A DNA stretch of 64,000 nucleotides from an uncultured Oscillospiraceae bacterium (lineage in GTDB: Bacteria; Bacillota; Clostridia; Oscillospirales; Oscillospiraceae), in the NCBI GenBank assembly GCA_964624925.1, contig CAZUYE010000002.1:688-64687 (forward strand), read 5' to 3'. The translations under genes were made by a program, and so were the position numbers. The notes under the pieces are model-generated. The model saw only the letters and a program-made list of their open reading frames with translations. It was not told the DNA's origin and made no database searches. How positions within the stretch are numbered: the stretch's first letter is position 1; every line of letters begins with the position of its first letter. Shown here one piece after another: positions 20,522 through 29,687 of the stretch.

Positions 20522-21811
20522 ATGTCCCATCAGGCAGAGATCATCGCCGTGGGCACAGAGCTGCTCCTGGGCGATATTGCCAACACCAACGCACAATTTT
20601 TGTCGCAAATGCTGGCCCGCTGCGGCGTGAACGTGCTGTATCACACGGCGGTGGGGGATAATCCCGCACGGCTGCGCCAGGTGGTGGACACGGCCCGCCG
20701 CCGCTGCGACCTGCTGGTGCTCACCGGCGGGCTGGGGCCCACCTATGACGATTTGACCAAGGAGACGGTGGCGGACTGCTTCGGCCTGCCCCTGGAGCTC
20801 CATCCGGAGGTGCTGGAGGAGATCCGGCACTACTTCGGCACTGTGTTTCGCCGCCCCATGCCGGCGTGCAACCGCCAGCAGGCCATGCTGCCCCGGGGCT
20901 GCACGGTGCTTCACAACCCCGTGGGCACCGCACCGGGCTGTATCTTCACGGCGGAGGGTGTCACGGCGGTGCTGCTGCCTGGCGTTCCCTCGGAGTGCCG
21001 GTATCTGGCAGAGCACGCGCTGCTGCCCTGGCTGCAGGACGAGAGCAGCGAGACCATATACAGCCACGAGCTGCGGGTTTTCGGTCTGACGGAGCCCCAG
21101 GTACAGGAGCTGCTGGGAGATCTGATGGGCGAGGCTCAGAACCCCTCCCTGGCCCCCTATGCCAAGACCGGCGAGGTGCTGCTGCGGCTGACGGCCAAAG
21201 GAGAAAATGAGGACGCGTGCCAGGAGCTCATGGCCCCGCTGCTGTGGGACGTCCGGGCCCGGCTGGGCGACTGCCTCTACGGCGTGGACGTGGCCTCCCT
21301 GGAGGGGGTGGTGCTGGAGACGCTGCTGCGGCAGGGAGTGACCCTCTCGGCAGCGGAGAGCTGCACCGGCGGTCTCATCGCCAAGCGGCTGACGGAGCTG
21401 CCCGGCGCCTCCCGGGCTTTTCTGGGCGGCGTGGTCAGCTATACCAACGCCGTCAAGCAGGCAGCTCTGGCCGTGCCGGAGGAGCTGCTGGCAGAATACG
21501 GCCCCGTGTCGGAGCCGGTGGCCCGGGCCATGGCCCAGGGCGCACGACACCTGACAGGCAGCGACCTGGCCGTGTCGGTCACGGGACTGGCCGGGCCCGG
21601 CGGCGATGAGCGCGGAAACCCGGAGGGCCGGGTATACATCGGCCTGGCCTGGGAGGGCGGCAGCCTGGTGAAGAAGCTGGATCTGGGCCGCGGACGGGCC
21701 CGCGTGCGGCATATGGCCGCCAGCCACGCATTGGATATCATACGCAGACGCCTCGGCGGTCTGCCTGTAGAAGGAGAAGTCATATGGCAAACAACAACAC
21801 AAACCCTCTGA
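20522..21811 (+). CDS. cinA: Competence/damage-inducible protein A (MCD + PncC domains)
   Basis: VGTELLLGDI.NTN, GGLGPTYDDLT, AESCTGG, TGLAGPGG. Confidence 0.94.
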   Translation: MSHQAEIIAVGTELLLGDIANTNAQFLSQMLARCGVNVLYHTAVGDNPARLRQVVDTARRRCDLLVLTGGLGPTYDDLTKETVADCFGLPLELHPEVLEEIRHYFGTVFRRPMPACNRQQAMLPRGCTVLHNPVGTAPGCIFTAEGVTAVLLPGVPSECRYLAEHALLPWLQDESSETIYSHELRVFGLTEPQVQELLGDLMGEAQNPSLAPYAKTGEVLLRLTAKGENEDACQELMAPLLWDVRARLGDCLYGVDVASLEGVVLETLLRQGVTLSAAESCTGGLIAKRLTELPGASRAFLGGVVSYTNAVKQAALAVPEELLAEYGPVSEPVARAMAQGARHLTGSDLAVSVTGLAGPGGDERGNPEGRVYIGLAWEGGSLVKKLDLGRGRARVRHMAASHALDIIRRRLGGLPVEGEVIWQTTTQTL

Positions 21812-22242
21812 ACACCAAAAACCTCAGCCGCACCCACAGCAAGGAGCTGGCCAAGGGTAACCGCGCCAAGCGCACCCGGAAGAACAGCGACTACAAGACC
21901 GCCGCCACGGCGGCCCGGGATGCAGCCCCCAAGCAGAACAACACCCGGCGCAATCCCTGGCCCCTGGGCGTGAAGATCCTGCTGGGTGTCCTGCTGGGCA
22001 TCCTGGTCGCCTGCCTGATCCTGCGCTTCACCGCCCTGAAGGATGACCTTATCCTCAGCTACATCACCACGCTGATGCTGGGTCTGTGCAGCGGCACGCT
22101 GTACTTCATCCGCCGCAAGTATCCCTCTCCCCGTTCCGGCAAGCTGGACGGCGTGTTCAACGCCATTCTCATCGTCTTCGCCCTGATCTACTGCTTCATG
22201 GGCGCCTGGGGCCTGCTGGAATTGCTGAACATAAAGCTGTAA
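21784..22242 (+). CDS. Small membrane protein, basic N-terminus plus 3 TM
   Basis: RBS AAGGAG; three hydrophobic segments. Confidence 0.7.
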   Translation: MANNNTNPLNTKNLSRTHSKELAKGNRAKRTRKNSDYKTAATAARDAAPKQNNTRRNPWPLGVKILLGVLLGILVACLILRFTALKDDLILSYITTLMLGLCSGTLYFIRRKYPSPRSGKLDGVFNAILIVFALIYCFMGAWGLLELLNIKL

Positions 22243-22260
22243 AAAGTCGCAATTTCCCCG

Positions 22261-22289
22261 TTGACAAGCGGGCCAAAAGCAGCTATATT
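22261..22289 (+). promoter_or_regulatory. sigma-A promoter of T-box/ileS
   Basis: TTGACA-17bp-TATATT. Confidence 0.7.
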
Positions 22290-22349
22290 ATAGTGTACAG
22301 CTTGTCAAAAAGGCTTCGCCTTTTTGACAGTACAGTTTAATCATGTTGA

Positions 22350-22633
22350 TCTGCGATGATGGGGAGCAGTAACCCTTCCACTCGATGCACAGAGAGCCGC
22401 CATTTTGGTGCAAGGCGGACACGGGGAAAGGCGCGAATATCACCCCGGAGCATCCGGCTGAACAGGCCCTGCGGGGCAGTAGGCGCGGACGGCAGAGGGC
22501 CGTTACCATCCCCCGCCCACGGTTGGTGGGACAGAGTGGCCGCGCCAGGGCGCGGCAACGAGAGTGGTACCGCAGAGGATCTTTGTCAAAAGCCTTTGTC
22601 TCTTGCATGGGAGACAGAGGCTTTTGTTTTTTT
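22350..22633 (+). promoter_or_regulatory. Ile T-box riboswitch
   Basis: Stem I with AGAGA and GGTGCAA motifs, specifier ATC at 22439-22441, T-box GAGTGGTACCGC at ~22562, terminator 22588-22633 with U run. Confidence 0.92.
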
Positions 22634-22672
22634 GCAAAGTAAGTAAAACAATAACATACACGGAGGTAACAC

Positions 22673-25444
22673 ATGGAGTACAAAAAGACGCTGAACATGC
22701 CCAAATCGGGCTTTCCCATGCGGGCGGGCCTGCCCAAGCGGGAGCCGGAGATGCTGCAGTACTGGGAGCAGATCGACCTGTACAATGAGCTGCTGAAGAA
22801 GAACGAGGGCAAGCCCCTGTTCAACCTGCACGACGGCCCTCCCTTCTCCAACGGTGCCCTGCACATGGGCCACGCCCTGAACAAGGCCCTGAAGGACTTC
22901 ATCACCCGCAGCTACGCCATGCGGGGCTATTACACCCCCTATATCCCCGGCTGGGATAACCACGGTATGCCCATCGAGAGCGCCATCATCAAGCAGAACA
23001 AGCTCAACCACAAGGCCATGAGCGTGGCGGAGTTCCGTTCCGCCTGCCATGACTTTGCCGACCACTACATCGACGTACAGCGGGATGGCTTCAAGCGCAT
23101 GGGCGTGGTGGCCGACTGGGAGCACCCCTACAAGACCATGGATCCCGGCTTTGAGGCCCGGGAGGTTCGCGTCTTCGGCAAGATGTATAAGAACGGCCAC
23201 ATCTATAAGGGTCTCAAGCCCGTGTACTGGTGCCCCAACGATGAGACGGCCCTGGCCGAGGCGGAGATCGAGTATAAGGACGATCCCTGCACCACGGTGT
23301 ATGTGAAGTTCCCCATGGAGGACGATCTGGGCAAGCTCAGCCATCTGGACACTGGCAAGCTCTCCTTCGTCATCTGGACCACCACCATCTGGACGCTGCC
23401 AGGCAACCTGGCCATCGCCCTGCATCCCGACGAGAGCTACGCCATCGTCAAGCCCGATTACAGCGACGAGATGTTCATCATGGCCGAGGCCCTGACGGAG
23501 AAGGTCATGGGCATCGGTGGCTACACCGGCTATCAGATCGTGGAGACCCATCCCGGCAGCTTCTACGAAAACATGCTGGCCGCCCACCCCTTCCTGCCCA
23601 AGACCAGCCGCCTGCTGCTGGCGGACTACGTCACCATGGATTCCGGTACCGGCTGCGTCCACACCGCCCCCGGCTTCGGCGCCGACGACTATCAGACCTG
23701 CCTGCGCTATGGCATGGAGATGGTGGTGCCCGTGGACGATCAGGGCCGCCACACCGACTACGCCGGCAAGTATGCCGGCATGAAGACCGAGGAATCCAAC
23801 CCCGTCATCCTGCAGGACATGAAGGAGACCGGCTGCCTCTTTGCCAGCGAGGAGATCGTCCACAGCTATCCCCACTGCTGGCGCTGCAAGAAGCCCATCA
23901 TCTTCCGTGCCACGCCTCAGTGGTTCTGCTCCGTGGAGTCCTTCAAGGACGATGCCATCGCCGCCTGCGAGGACGTGCGCTGGGTGCCCGCCTGGGGCAA
24001 GGATCGGATGCGCTCCATGATCCTGGAGCGCACCGACTGGTGCATCAGCCGCCAGCGCCGCTGGGGCCTGCCCATCCCCGTGGTGTACTGCAAGGACTGC
24101 GGCAAGCCCATCTGCACCGACGAGAGCATCGAGGCCATCGCCTCCTTGTTCGAGGAGCGGGGCTCCAACGCCTGGTTCGAGCTGGAGGCCGAGGAGATCC
24201 TGCCCCAGGGCTTCACCTGCCCCCACTGCGGCAAGACCGCCGGCTTTGAGAAGGAGACGGACACCCTGGACGGCTGGTTCGACTCCGGCTCCACCCACTA
24301 TGCCGCCATGGAGCGCGACCAGGGTTTCTGGCCCTCCACCATGTATATCGAGGGTCTGGATCAGTATCGCGGCTGGTTCCAGAGCTCCCTGCTGGTGTCC
24401 GTGGGCGCCTTGGGCCGCGGCGCACCCTTCAAAGAGTGCCTGACCCACGGCTGGACCGTGGACGGCGAGGGCAAGGCCATGCACAAGTCCCTGGGCAACG
24501 GCATGGATCCCGCCGAGATCTGCAACAAGTACGGCGCCGATCTGCTGCGCCTGTGGGCCGGCTCCGCCGACTATCATGTGGACGTCCGCTGCTCCGACGA
24601 TATCTTCAAGCAGCTGAGCCAGAACTACCTGAAGTTCCGCAACACCGCCAAGTTCTGCCTGGACAACCTGGTGGGCTTCGACCCGGAGCAGCTGGTGGCC
24701 CCCGCCGAGATGCAGGAGCTGGATCGCTGGGCCGTCACCCGGCTCAACGGCCTCATCCGCAAGGGCTTCGCCTGCTACGATGCCTATGAGTTCCACACCC
24801 TGTCCCACGCCATCAACGACTTCTGCGTGCTGGATCTGAGCAGCTTCTATTTTGACATCATCAAGGATCGCCTGTATTGCGACGGGGCCGACAGCCTCAG
24901 CCGCCGCAGCGCCCAGACCGCCCTGTTCCTGATCCTGGATGCCATGACCCGGATGTTCGCCCCCATCCTGGCCTTCACCTGCGAGGAGATCTGGCTGGCC
25001 ATGCCCCATCGCCAGGCCGACGACAGCCGCAGCGTCCTCTTCAACGACATGGTGCAGCCCTATGAGGACTATGCCCTGACGGACGAGGCCATGGAGCGCT
25101 GGAGCCGCATCGCCGCTGTCCGCAGCGCCGTCAACGGCGCCCTGGAGCAGGCCCGCGCCGACAAGACCATTGGCAAGAGCCTGGAGGCCGCCGTGGCTCT
25201 GACCGTCCCCGCCGAGGATGCCTTCCTGGCCCAGCTCCCCGCCGACACCCTGGCAGATCTTCTGATCGTGTCTCAGGTCAGCGTCACCGTGGGCGATGAG
25301 CTGGCCGTCTCCGTGTCCCCGGCCCAGGGCGACAAGTGCGTCCGCTGCTGGAAGGTGCTGACCAGCGTTGGCACCGTGGCCGAGCACGATGCTCTCTGCC
25401 CCCGCTGCGCCCAGGTGGTGAAGAACCTGCCCCAGCTGGACTGA
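22673..25444 (+). CDS. ileS: Isoleucine--tRNA ligase (type 1)
   Basis: HMGH, WTTT.WTLP editing domain, DWCISRQR.WG, KMSKS variant AMHKS, C-terminal CVRCW...CPRC zinc finger. Confidence 0.98.
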   Translation: MEYKKTLNMPKSGFPMRAGLPKREPEMLQYWEQIDLYNELLKKNEGKPLFNLHDGPPFSNGALHMGHALNKALKDFITRSYAMRGYYTPYIPGWDNHGMPIESAIIKQNKLNHKAMSVAEFRSACHDFADHYIDVQRDGFKRMGVVADWEHPYKTMDPGFEAREVRVFGKMYKNGHIYKGLKPVYWCPNDETALAEAEIEYKDDPCTTVYVKFPMEDDLGKLSHLDTGKLSFVIWTTTIWTLPGNLAIALHPDESYAIVKPDYSDEMFIMAEALTEKVMGIGGYTGYQIVETHPGSFYENMLAAHPFLPKTSRLLLADYVTMDSGTGCVHTAPGFGADDYQTCLRYGMEMVVPVDDQGRHTDYAGKYAGMKTEESNPVILQDMKETGCLFASEEIVHSYPHCWRCKKPIIFRATPQWFCSVESFKDDAIAACEDVRWVPAWGKDRMRSMILERTDWCISRQRRWGLPIPVVYCKDCGKPICTDESIEAIASLFEERGSNAWFELEAEEILPQGFTCPHCGKTAGFEKETDTLDGWFDSGSTHYAAMERDQGFWPSTMYIEGLDQYRGWFQSSLLVSVGALGRGAPFKECLTHGWTVDGEGKAMHKSLGNGMDPAEICNKYGADLLRLWAGSADYHVDVRCSDDIFKQLSQNYLKFRNTAKFCLDNLVGFDPEQLVAPAEMQELDRWAVTRLNGLIRKGFACYDAYEFHTLSHAINDFCVLDLSSFYFDIIKDRLYCDGADSLSRRSAQTALFLILDAMTRMFAPILAFTCEEIWLAMPHRQADDSRSVLFNDMVQPYEDYALTDEAMERWSRIAAVRSAVNGALEQARADKTIGKSLEAAVALTVPAEDAFLAQLPADTLADLLIVSQVSVTVGDELAVSVSPAQGDKCVRCWKVLTSVGTVAEHDALCPRCAQVVKNLPQLD

Positions 25445-25479
25445 GATAGCGCAAACGTAAGCATATAAGTAGATAAAAT

Positions 25480-25510
25480 CCCCCCGTGATGAAACGCCAT
25501 CACGGGGGGT
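25480..25510. terminator. Hairpin between convergent ileS and HD gene
   Basis: CCCCCCGTGATG-loop-CATCACGGGGGG. Confidence 0.75.
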
Positions 25511-25528
25511 GATTTGTCGGTTCTGTGC

Positions 25529-26113
25529 TTACAGCGCCGCCACGGCGGCGGCCACGTCGGCCTCGCAGCTGCGCATGGCCTGCAGGGTCTTCTCCATCAG
25601 CTCATCCAGCGTCCAGCCCAGGCGCTCCGCGCCCTGGGTGATGACATCGCGGGAGCAGCCGGCGGCGAACTTCTTGTCCTTGAACTTCTTCTTCAGACTC
25701 TTGAGCTCCATGTCCTGGCAGCTCTTGCTGGGCCGCATCAGGGCCGCCGCGCCGATGAGCCCCGTCAGCTCGTCGGCGGCAAAGAGCACCTTCTCCATCA
25801 GATGGGTGGGCTCCACATCGCAGCAGATGCCATAGCCATGGCTGCACACGGCGTGGATCAGCGCCTCGTCGCAGCCCGCCTCCTGCAGCAGCTCCGGGGC
25901 CTTCTGGCAGTGCTGCTCCGGCCACTGCTCAAAGTCGATATCATGCAGCAGGCCCACCGTGGCCCAGAAATCCGCCTCGTCACCATAGCCCAGCTCATTG
26001 GCGTACCAGCGCATGACGCCCTCCACCGTCAGTGCGTGCTGGAGATGGAAATGGTCGCTGTTATACTGCCGCAGGGCGGCCCAGGCGGTCTCGCGGCTGA
26101 TGCAAACTTTCAT
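25529..26113 (-). CDS. HD-domain (HDIG) hydrolase
   Basis: H..TVE.VM, GLLHDIDFE, AADELTG, KKKFKDKKFAAG. Confidence 0.88.
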   Translation of the reverse strand: MKVCISRETAWAALRQYNSDHFHLQHALTVEGVMRWYANELGYGDEADFWATVGLLHDIDFEQWPEQHCQKAPELLQEAGCDEALIHAVCSHGYGICCDVEPTHLMEKVLFAADELTGLIGAAALMRPSKSCQDMELKSLKKKFKDKKFAAGCSRDVITQGAERLGWTLDELMEKTLQAMRSCEADVAAAVAAL

Positions 26114-26167
26114 GGAAATATCCTCCCTTGTGCAAAAAATCTTGCCCAAATTGTAGCAGTATTTGCC

Positions 26168-26686
26168 CTAAAATGCAAGAATATTCTGCTCCAAAAGCCG
26201 CAGCAGCAGACGGGCATGGCGCTCCTCGTCCCGTCCCAGCTCCTCCAAAAGCTGACGCAGCCCCGGATCGGAGCAGTCCCGGGCCAGCTGCACATACTGC
26301 CCGGCGGCCCAGCTCTCCCGCTGCCAACTCTCCCGCAGCAGTGTGCGCCAGGGGCACATCTTCTCCGGCCTGGCGACGGAGTTGGGGCGGAAGCACTGCC
26401 CGCTGAGCAGAAAATACAGGGCCGCCAGCCGCCGGGCGTGGCCACCCTCCTCCCGTCCCAACTGCTGCATACAGCGCCGTGCTGCCGCTGCCGGCGCACA
26501 GCGGGCGGCGGCCAGATAGGCCCGGCGCTCCGCCAGCTCCTCCCCGATCAGCTCCTCCAGACGCTGCAGCCGCCCGTCCGCCGGACAGACCGCCGCCTCC
26601 GGCCCCTCCGGATAGGGCTCCAGCTCCGGGGCCACCCGCTGCCACACCCGGCGGCACTGCTGATAATCCATACACTCCCGCTCCAT
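26168..26686 (-). CDS. Ferritin-like/rubrerythrin-domain protein, possibly sporulation-related
   Basis: Two ExxH motifs (EEGGH, DEERH); upstream CATAGAAT sigma-E-like -10. Confidence 0.7.
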   Translation of the reverse strand: MERECMDYQQCRRVWQRVAPELEPYPEGPEAAVCPADGRLQRLEELIGEELAERRAYLAAARCAPAAAARRCMQQLGREEGGHARRLAALYFLLSGQCFRPNSVARPEKMCPWRTLLRESWQRESWAAGQYVQLARDCSDPGLRQLLEELGRDEERHARLLLRLLEQNILAF

Positions 26687-26851
26687 GGCTCCTCCCCTCC
26701 CTTTCCCGCCATTCTATGCGCCGGGCCCGGCCATCGTTACCGCTTCCCCTTCCTGTATAAATCCGCCAAATGACAAAAGACTTTTTGACAAGGCCATAAT
26801 GTGTATGCTATAATATCTCTATTATGTACAAAGAATCGAGGTCTCCCTGCT

Positions 26852-27943
26852 ATGAGGCAGTATCCGCGTCTGGAGATCAGCCGCAGCCGCCTGCGGCACA
26901 ACATGACGGAGGTCATCTCCCGCTGCGCCGCACGGGGCATCCAGGTCTGCGGCGTGATCAAGGGCTGCAGCGGCCTGCCGGAGGTGGGACAGCTGTTCCG
27001 CGACTGCGGCGCGACGCAATTGGCCAGCAGCCGCATCGAGCAGTTGGCCCGCTGCCGCACTGCCGGTGTGCCCGGGCCCTATATGCTGCTGCGGATTCCC
27101 ATGCGCAGCGAGCTGGAGGACATGGTTCGCTGCTGCGACTACTCACTGCAGAGCGAGGTGAGCACCCTGGACGAGCTGGAGCAGGTCTGCGCCCGGCTGG
27201 ACTGCACCCATCGGGTGGTGCTGATGGCCGATCTGGGTGACCTGCGGGAGGGCTTCTGGGATCAGGACGAGCTGCTGGCCGCCTGCCTGCACGTGGAGCG
27301 GGAGCTGCCCCATGTGGAGCTGGCCGGTGTGGGCGTGAATCTGGGCTGCTACGGAGCTATCCAGCCCACGCCGGAGAACCTGGGCCAGCTGGTGGTCATC
27401 GCCCGGCGGGTGGAGGCGGCCATTGGCCGGAAGCTGGAGATCGTCTCCGGCGGGGCAACCAGCTCCTACACCCTGGTGCACTGGGGCACCATGCCGGAGG
27501 GCATCAATCACCTGCGCATCGGCGAGGGCATCCTGGTATCCAAGGATCTGCAGGTGGACTGGGGCATCCACGACATGGACTATTTGCGGATGGACTGCAT
27601 GACCCTGCGCACGCAGATCGTGGAGGTAAAGGACAAGCCCACACACCCTGTGGGCACCATTGTGGTGGACTGCTTCTGCAACCGGCCCACCTATGAGGAT
27701 CGCGGCATCCGCCGCCGGGCCCTGGCCGCCATTGGCCGGGCCGACGTGGGGGACATCATGCTGCTGCGGCCCCGGACGCCGGGGATGTTCGTGGTGGGCG
27801 GCTCCTCGGATCACTGCATCCTGGACGTGGAGGACTGCCGGCCCTGCCCCCGGGTGGGAGATATTGTAGAGTTTGACGTGATCTATCAGACCATGCTGTA
27901 TGCCAGCGCCCGACAGGACGTGGCCATCATGCTGACGGAATAA
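26852..27943 (+). CDS. Alanine/ornithine racemase-family PLP enzyme
   Basis: GVIKG PLP lysine, DLGDLREG, NLGCYG, SGGATS, NHLRIGE, GGSSDH; promoter TTGACA(26785)-18bp-TATAAT. Confidence 0.88.
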   Translation: MRQYPRLEISRSRLRHNMTEVISRCAARGIQVCGVIKGCSGLPEVGQLFRDCGATQLASSRIEQLARCRTAGVPGPYMLLRIPMRSELEDMVRCCDYSLQSEVSTLDELEQVCARLDCTHRVVLMADLGDLREGFWDQDELLAACLHVERELPHVELAGVGVNLGCYGAIQPTPENLGQLVVIARRVEAAIGRKLEIVSGGATSSYTLVHWGTMPEGINHLRIGEGILVSKDLQVDWGIHDMDYLRMDCMTLRTQIVEVKDKPTHPVGTIVVDCFCNRPTYEDRGIRRRALAAIGRADVGDIMLLRPRTPGMFVVGGSSDHCILDVEDCRPCPRVGDIVEFDVIYQTMLYASARQDVAIMLTE

Positions 27944-27962
27944 TAAAAAGGAGGAACTACCC

Positions 27963-28379
27963 TTGAACAGCGACGGTTTGTTTGTATTTATTTTCCAGGC
28001 CATCATTGCATTGTTTGCCTTTTTCGTGGTGGCTCCCTGCACGCTCAACGCCATCAGCCTGTTCACCGTGCAAAAGCGCTTTGCGCAGACCATGGTGGAG
28101 CTGGGTGTGGTAACAAAGGCGGACGTGCAGCGCATCCACCCCAAAAAGGCCATCGCCGGCGTCATCATCTCCTGCGTGGTGCTGGGTGTGCTGGTCTATG
28201 GCGCCATCCGCACGGCTCCCGTGGGCTATTTTGTGGCCGGTATCCCCCTGGTGGCGGGCTTTTTGAAGTACCGCGCCATCATCCAGTTCAACAGCCTCAC
28301 CGCTTCCCGCTTCCAGAAGACCTACCGCGATGAGCTGAACGCCGACAAGTACAACGCCTACATCAAAAAGACGTTCTGA
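27963..28379 (+). CDS. Hypothetical membrane protein
   Basis: Strong RBS AGGAGG, TTG start, 3 hydrophobic segments. Confidence 0.7.
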   Translation: MNSDGLFVFIFQAIIALFAFFVVAPCTLNAISLFTVQKRFAQTMVELGVVTKADVQRIHPKKAIAGVIISCVVLGVLVYGAIRTAPVGYFVAGIPLVAGFLKYRAIIQFNSLTASRFQKTYRDELNADKYNAYIKKTF

Positions 28380-28400
28380 GCCATGTGATCGGAGGATACC

Positions 28401-28915
28401 ATGCTGCTGAGAATAACAAGCTGCTCTGATTTGGGCAGCAGAAAGCTGATGGACATCTATTCCGAGAGCAACGCCGAAAACGCGGAGGATTTCTATCCCG
28501 GAGAGACGGACAAGGACGTCGCCCTCTGCAAAGTAGAGACGGGCTTTATGTCCTTCCTGGAACAGGAATTTTCACATGGACAAAGGCCGCCTGCTGGATC
28601 TGGGAGGAAGACGGACTGTGGCTCAGCGCGCTGAGGATCTGCGAGATCCAGGACGGACTGTACTATCTGGAGGTGCTGGAGACGCATCCGGCGCACCGAA
28701 ACAAGGGGTACGGCTCCCTTCTGTTTTCCCGTGTTTTAAGCACCATGAGGGAAGACGGCCCGTTCCGGCTCTGTGACTGCGTGAGCAAAAAGAACGTCGC
28801 TTCTTTGAAGACTCACGAAAAATGCGGCTTCCGGATCGTGTCGGAGAGCGGATATAATTATCTGTACGACGAGACGGACGAGCATGACTTCGGATTGGAA
28901 TACAGCTGTCCGTGA
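28401..28915 (+). pseudogene. Frameshifted GNAT acetyltransferase
   Basis: One extra T in run 28569-28572 joins the two ORFs (EFFTWTKAACWIWEEDG...LETHPAHRNKGYG...NVASLKTHEKCGF). Confidence 0.8.
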
Positions 28916-28981
28916 AAAAAGTGAATTTTCGTCGTCGCCCAGCCGGGCGGCGACTTTTTTTGCCAAATTATAACTTTCGTG

Positions 28982-29010
28982 TTGACAAATCTAATAACAA
29001 GAAGTATAAT
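28982..29010 (+). promoter_or_regulatory. Consensus sigma-A promoter heading the large cluster
   Basis: TTGACA-17bp-TATAAT in AT-rich gap. Confidence 0.85.
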
Positions 29011-29061
29011 TTTGACACTACCCAATCTATCAATCCCATCATGTAAAGGACGGCATATTAC

Positions 29062-29373
29062 ATGGCTAACATCAGCAAACAGGAAAAGGAAGAGCTCATC
29101 CAGACGCTGACACCGGCACTGCCGATGCTGCGGGCGGCTCTGGGAATCTCCCAGGGGGAGCTGGCTGAATATATCGGTATCTCCCGCCAGACCTATTGCG
29201 CGCTGGAGACCGGCAAGCGGGACATGAGCTGGGACACCTTCCTCTCCCTGTTTCTGTTCTTCATCTCCAACGAGGAGAGCAACAACTGTCTCAAGACGAA
29301 AAAGGGCTTCATCACGCAGGTCTACCGGACCGTGCAGTACCGGCCCAAGATCGATACCGTTCAATACCCGTAA
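29062..29373 (+). CDS. XRE-family HTH regulator
   Basis: LRAALGISQGELAEYIGISRQTYCALETGK. Confidence 0.88.
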   Translation: MANISKQEKEELIQTLTPALPMLRAALGISQGELAEYIGISRQTYCALETGKRDMSWDTFLSLFLFFISNEESNNCLKTKKGFITQVYRTVQYRPKIDTVQYP

Positions 29374-29412
29374 GGGCTTGAAAATACCTACATACAAAGG
29401 AGAAAAGAGAAC

Positions 29413-29619
29413 ATGGACAACGATTCCGGCGGGCTTCTGAGTGCAGTCCTGATCCTTGTCATCGCGGCAGCCGTGATCTACATCGGCGTGCTGCTGGCTT
29501 CCGTCATCGCCATTGTGGCCGGTTCCGGCGGCGTTCTGTGGGGCGGCGGCACGGCCGTCGTGAACTACAGCAAGTCGGTCAAGGAAAACCTGATCGACAG
29601 CAACCGCAAGGCTGCGTAA
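29413..29619 (+). CDS. Small membrane protein (68 aa)
   Basis: RBS AAGGAG; long hydrophobic/Gly-rich stretch, amphipathic basic tail. Confidence 0.75.
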   Translation: MDNDSGGLLSAVLILVIAAAVIYIGVLLASVIAIVAGSGGVLWGGGTAVVNYSKSVKENLIDSNRKAA

Positions 29620-29687
29620 GCAGACGCGGGCCCGGGAGGTGTGTGCTCCCGGCCGCGCATCATCACATCACTTAGGAGGAGAACACT

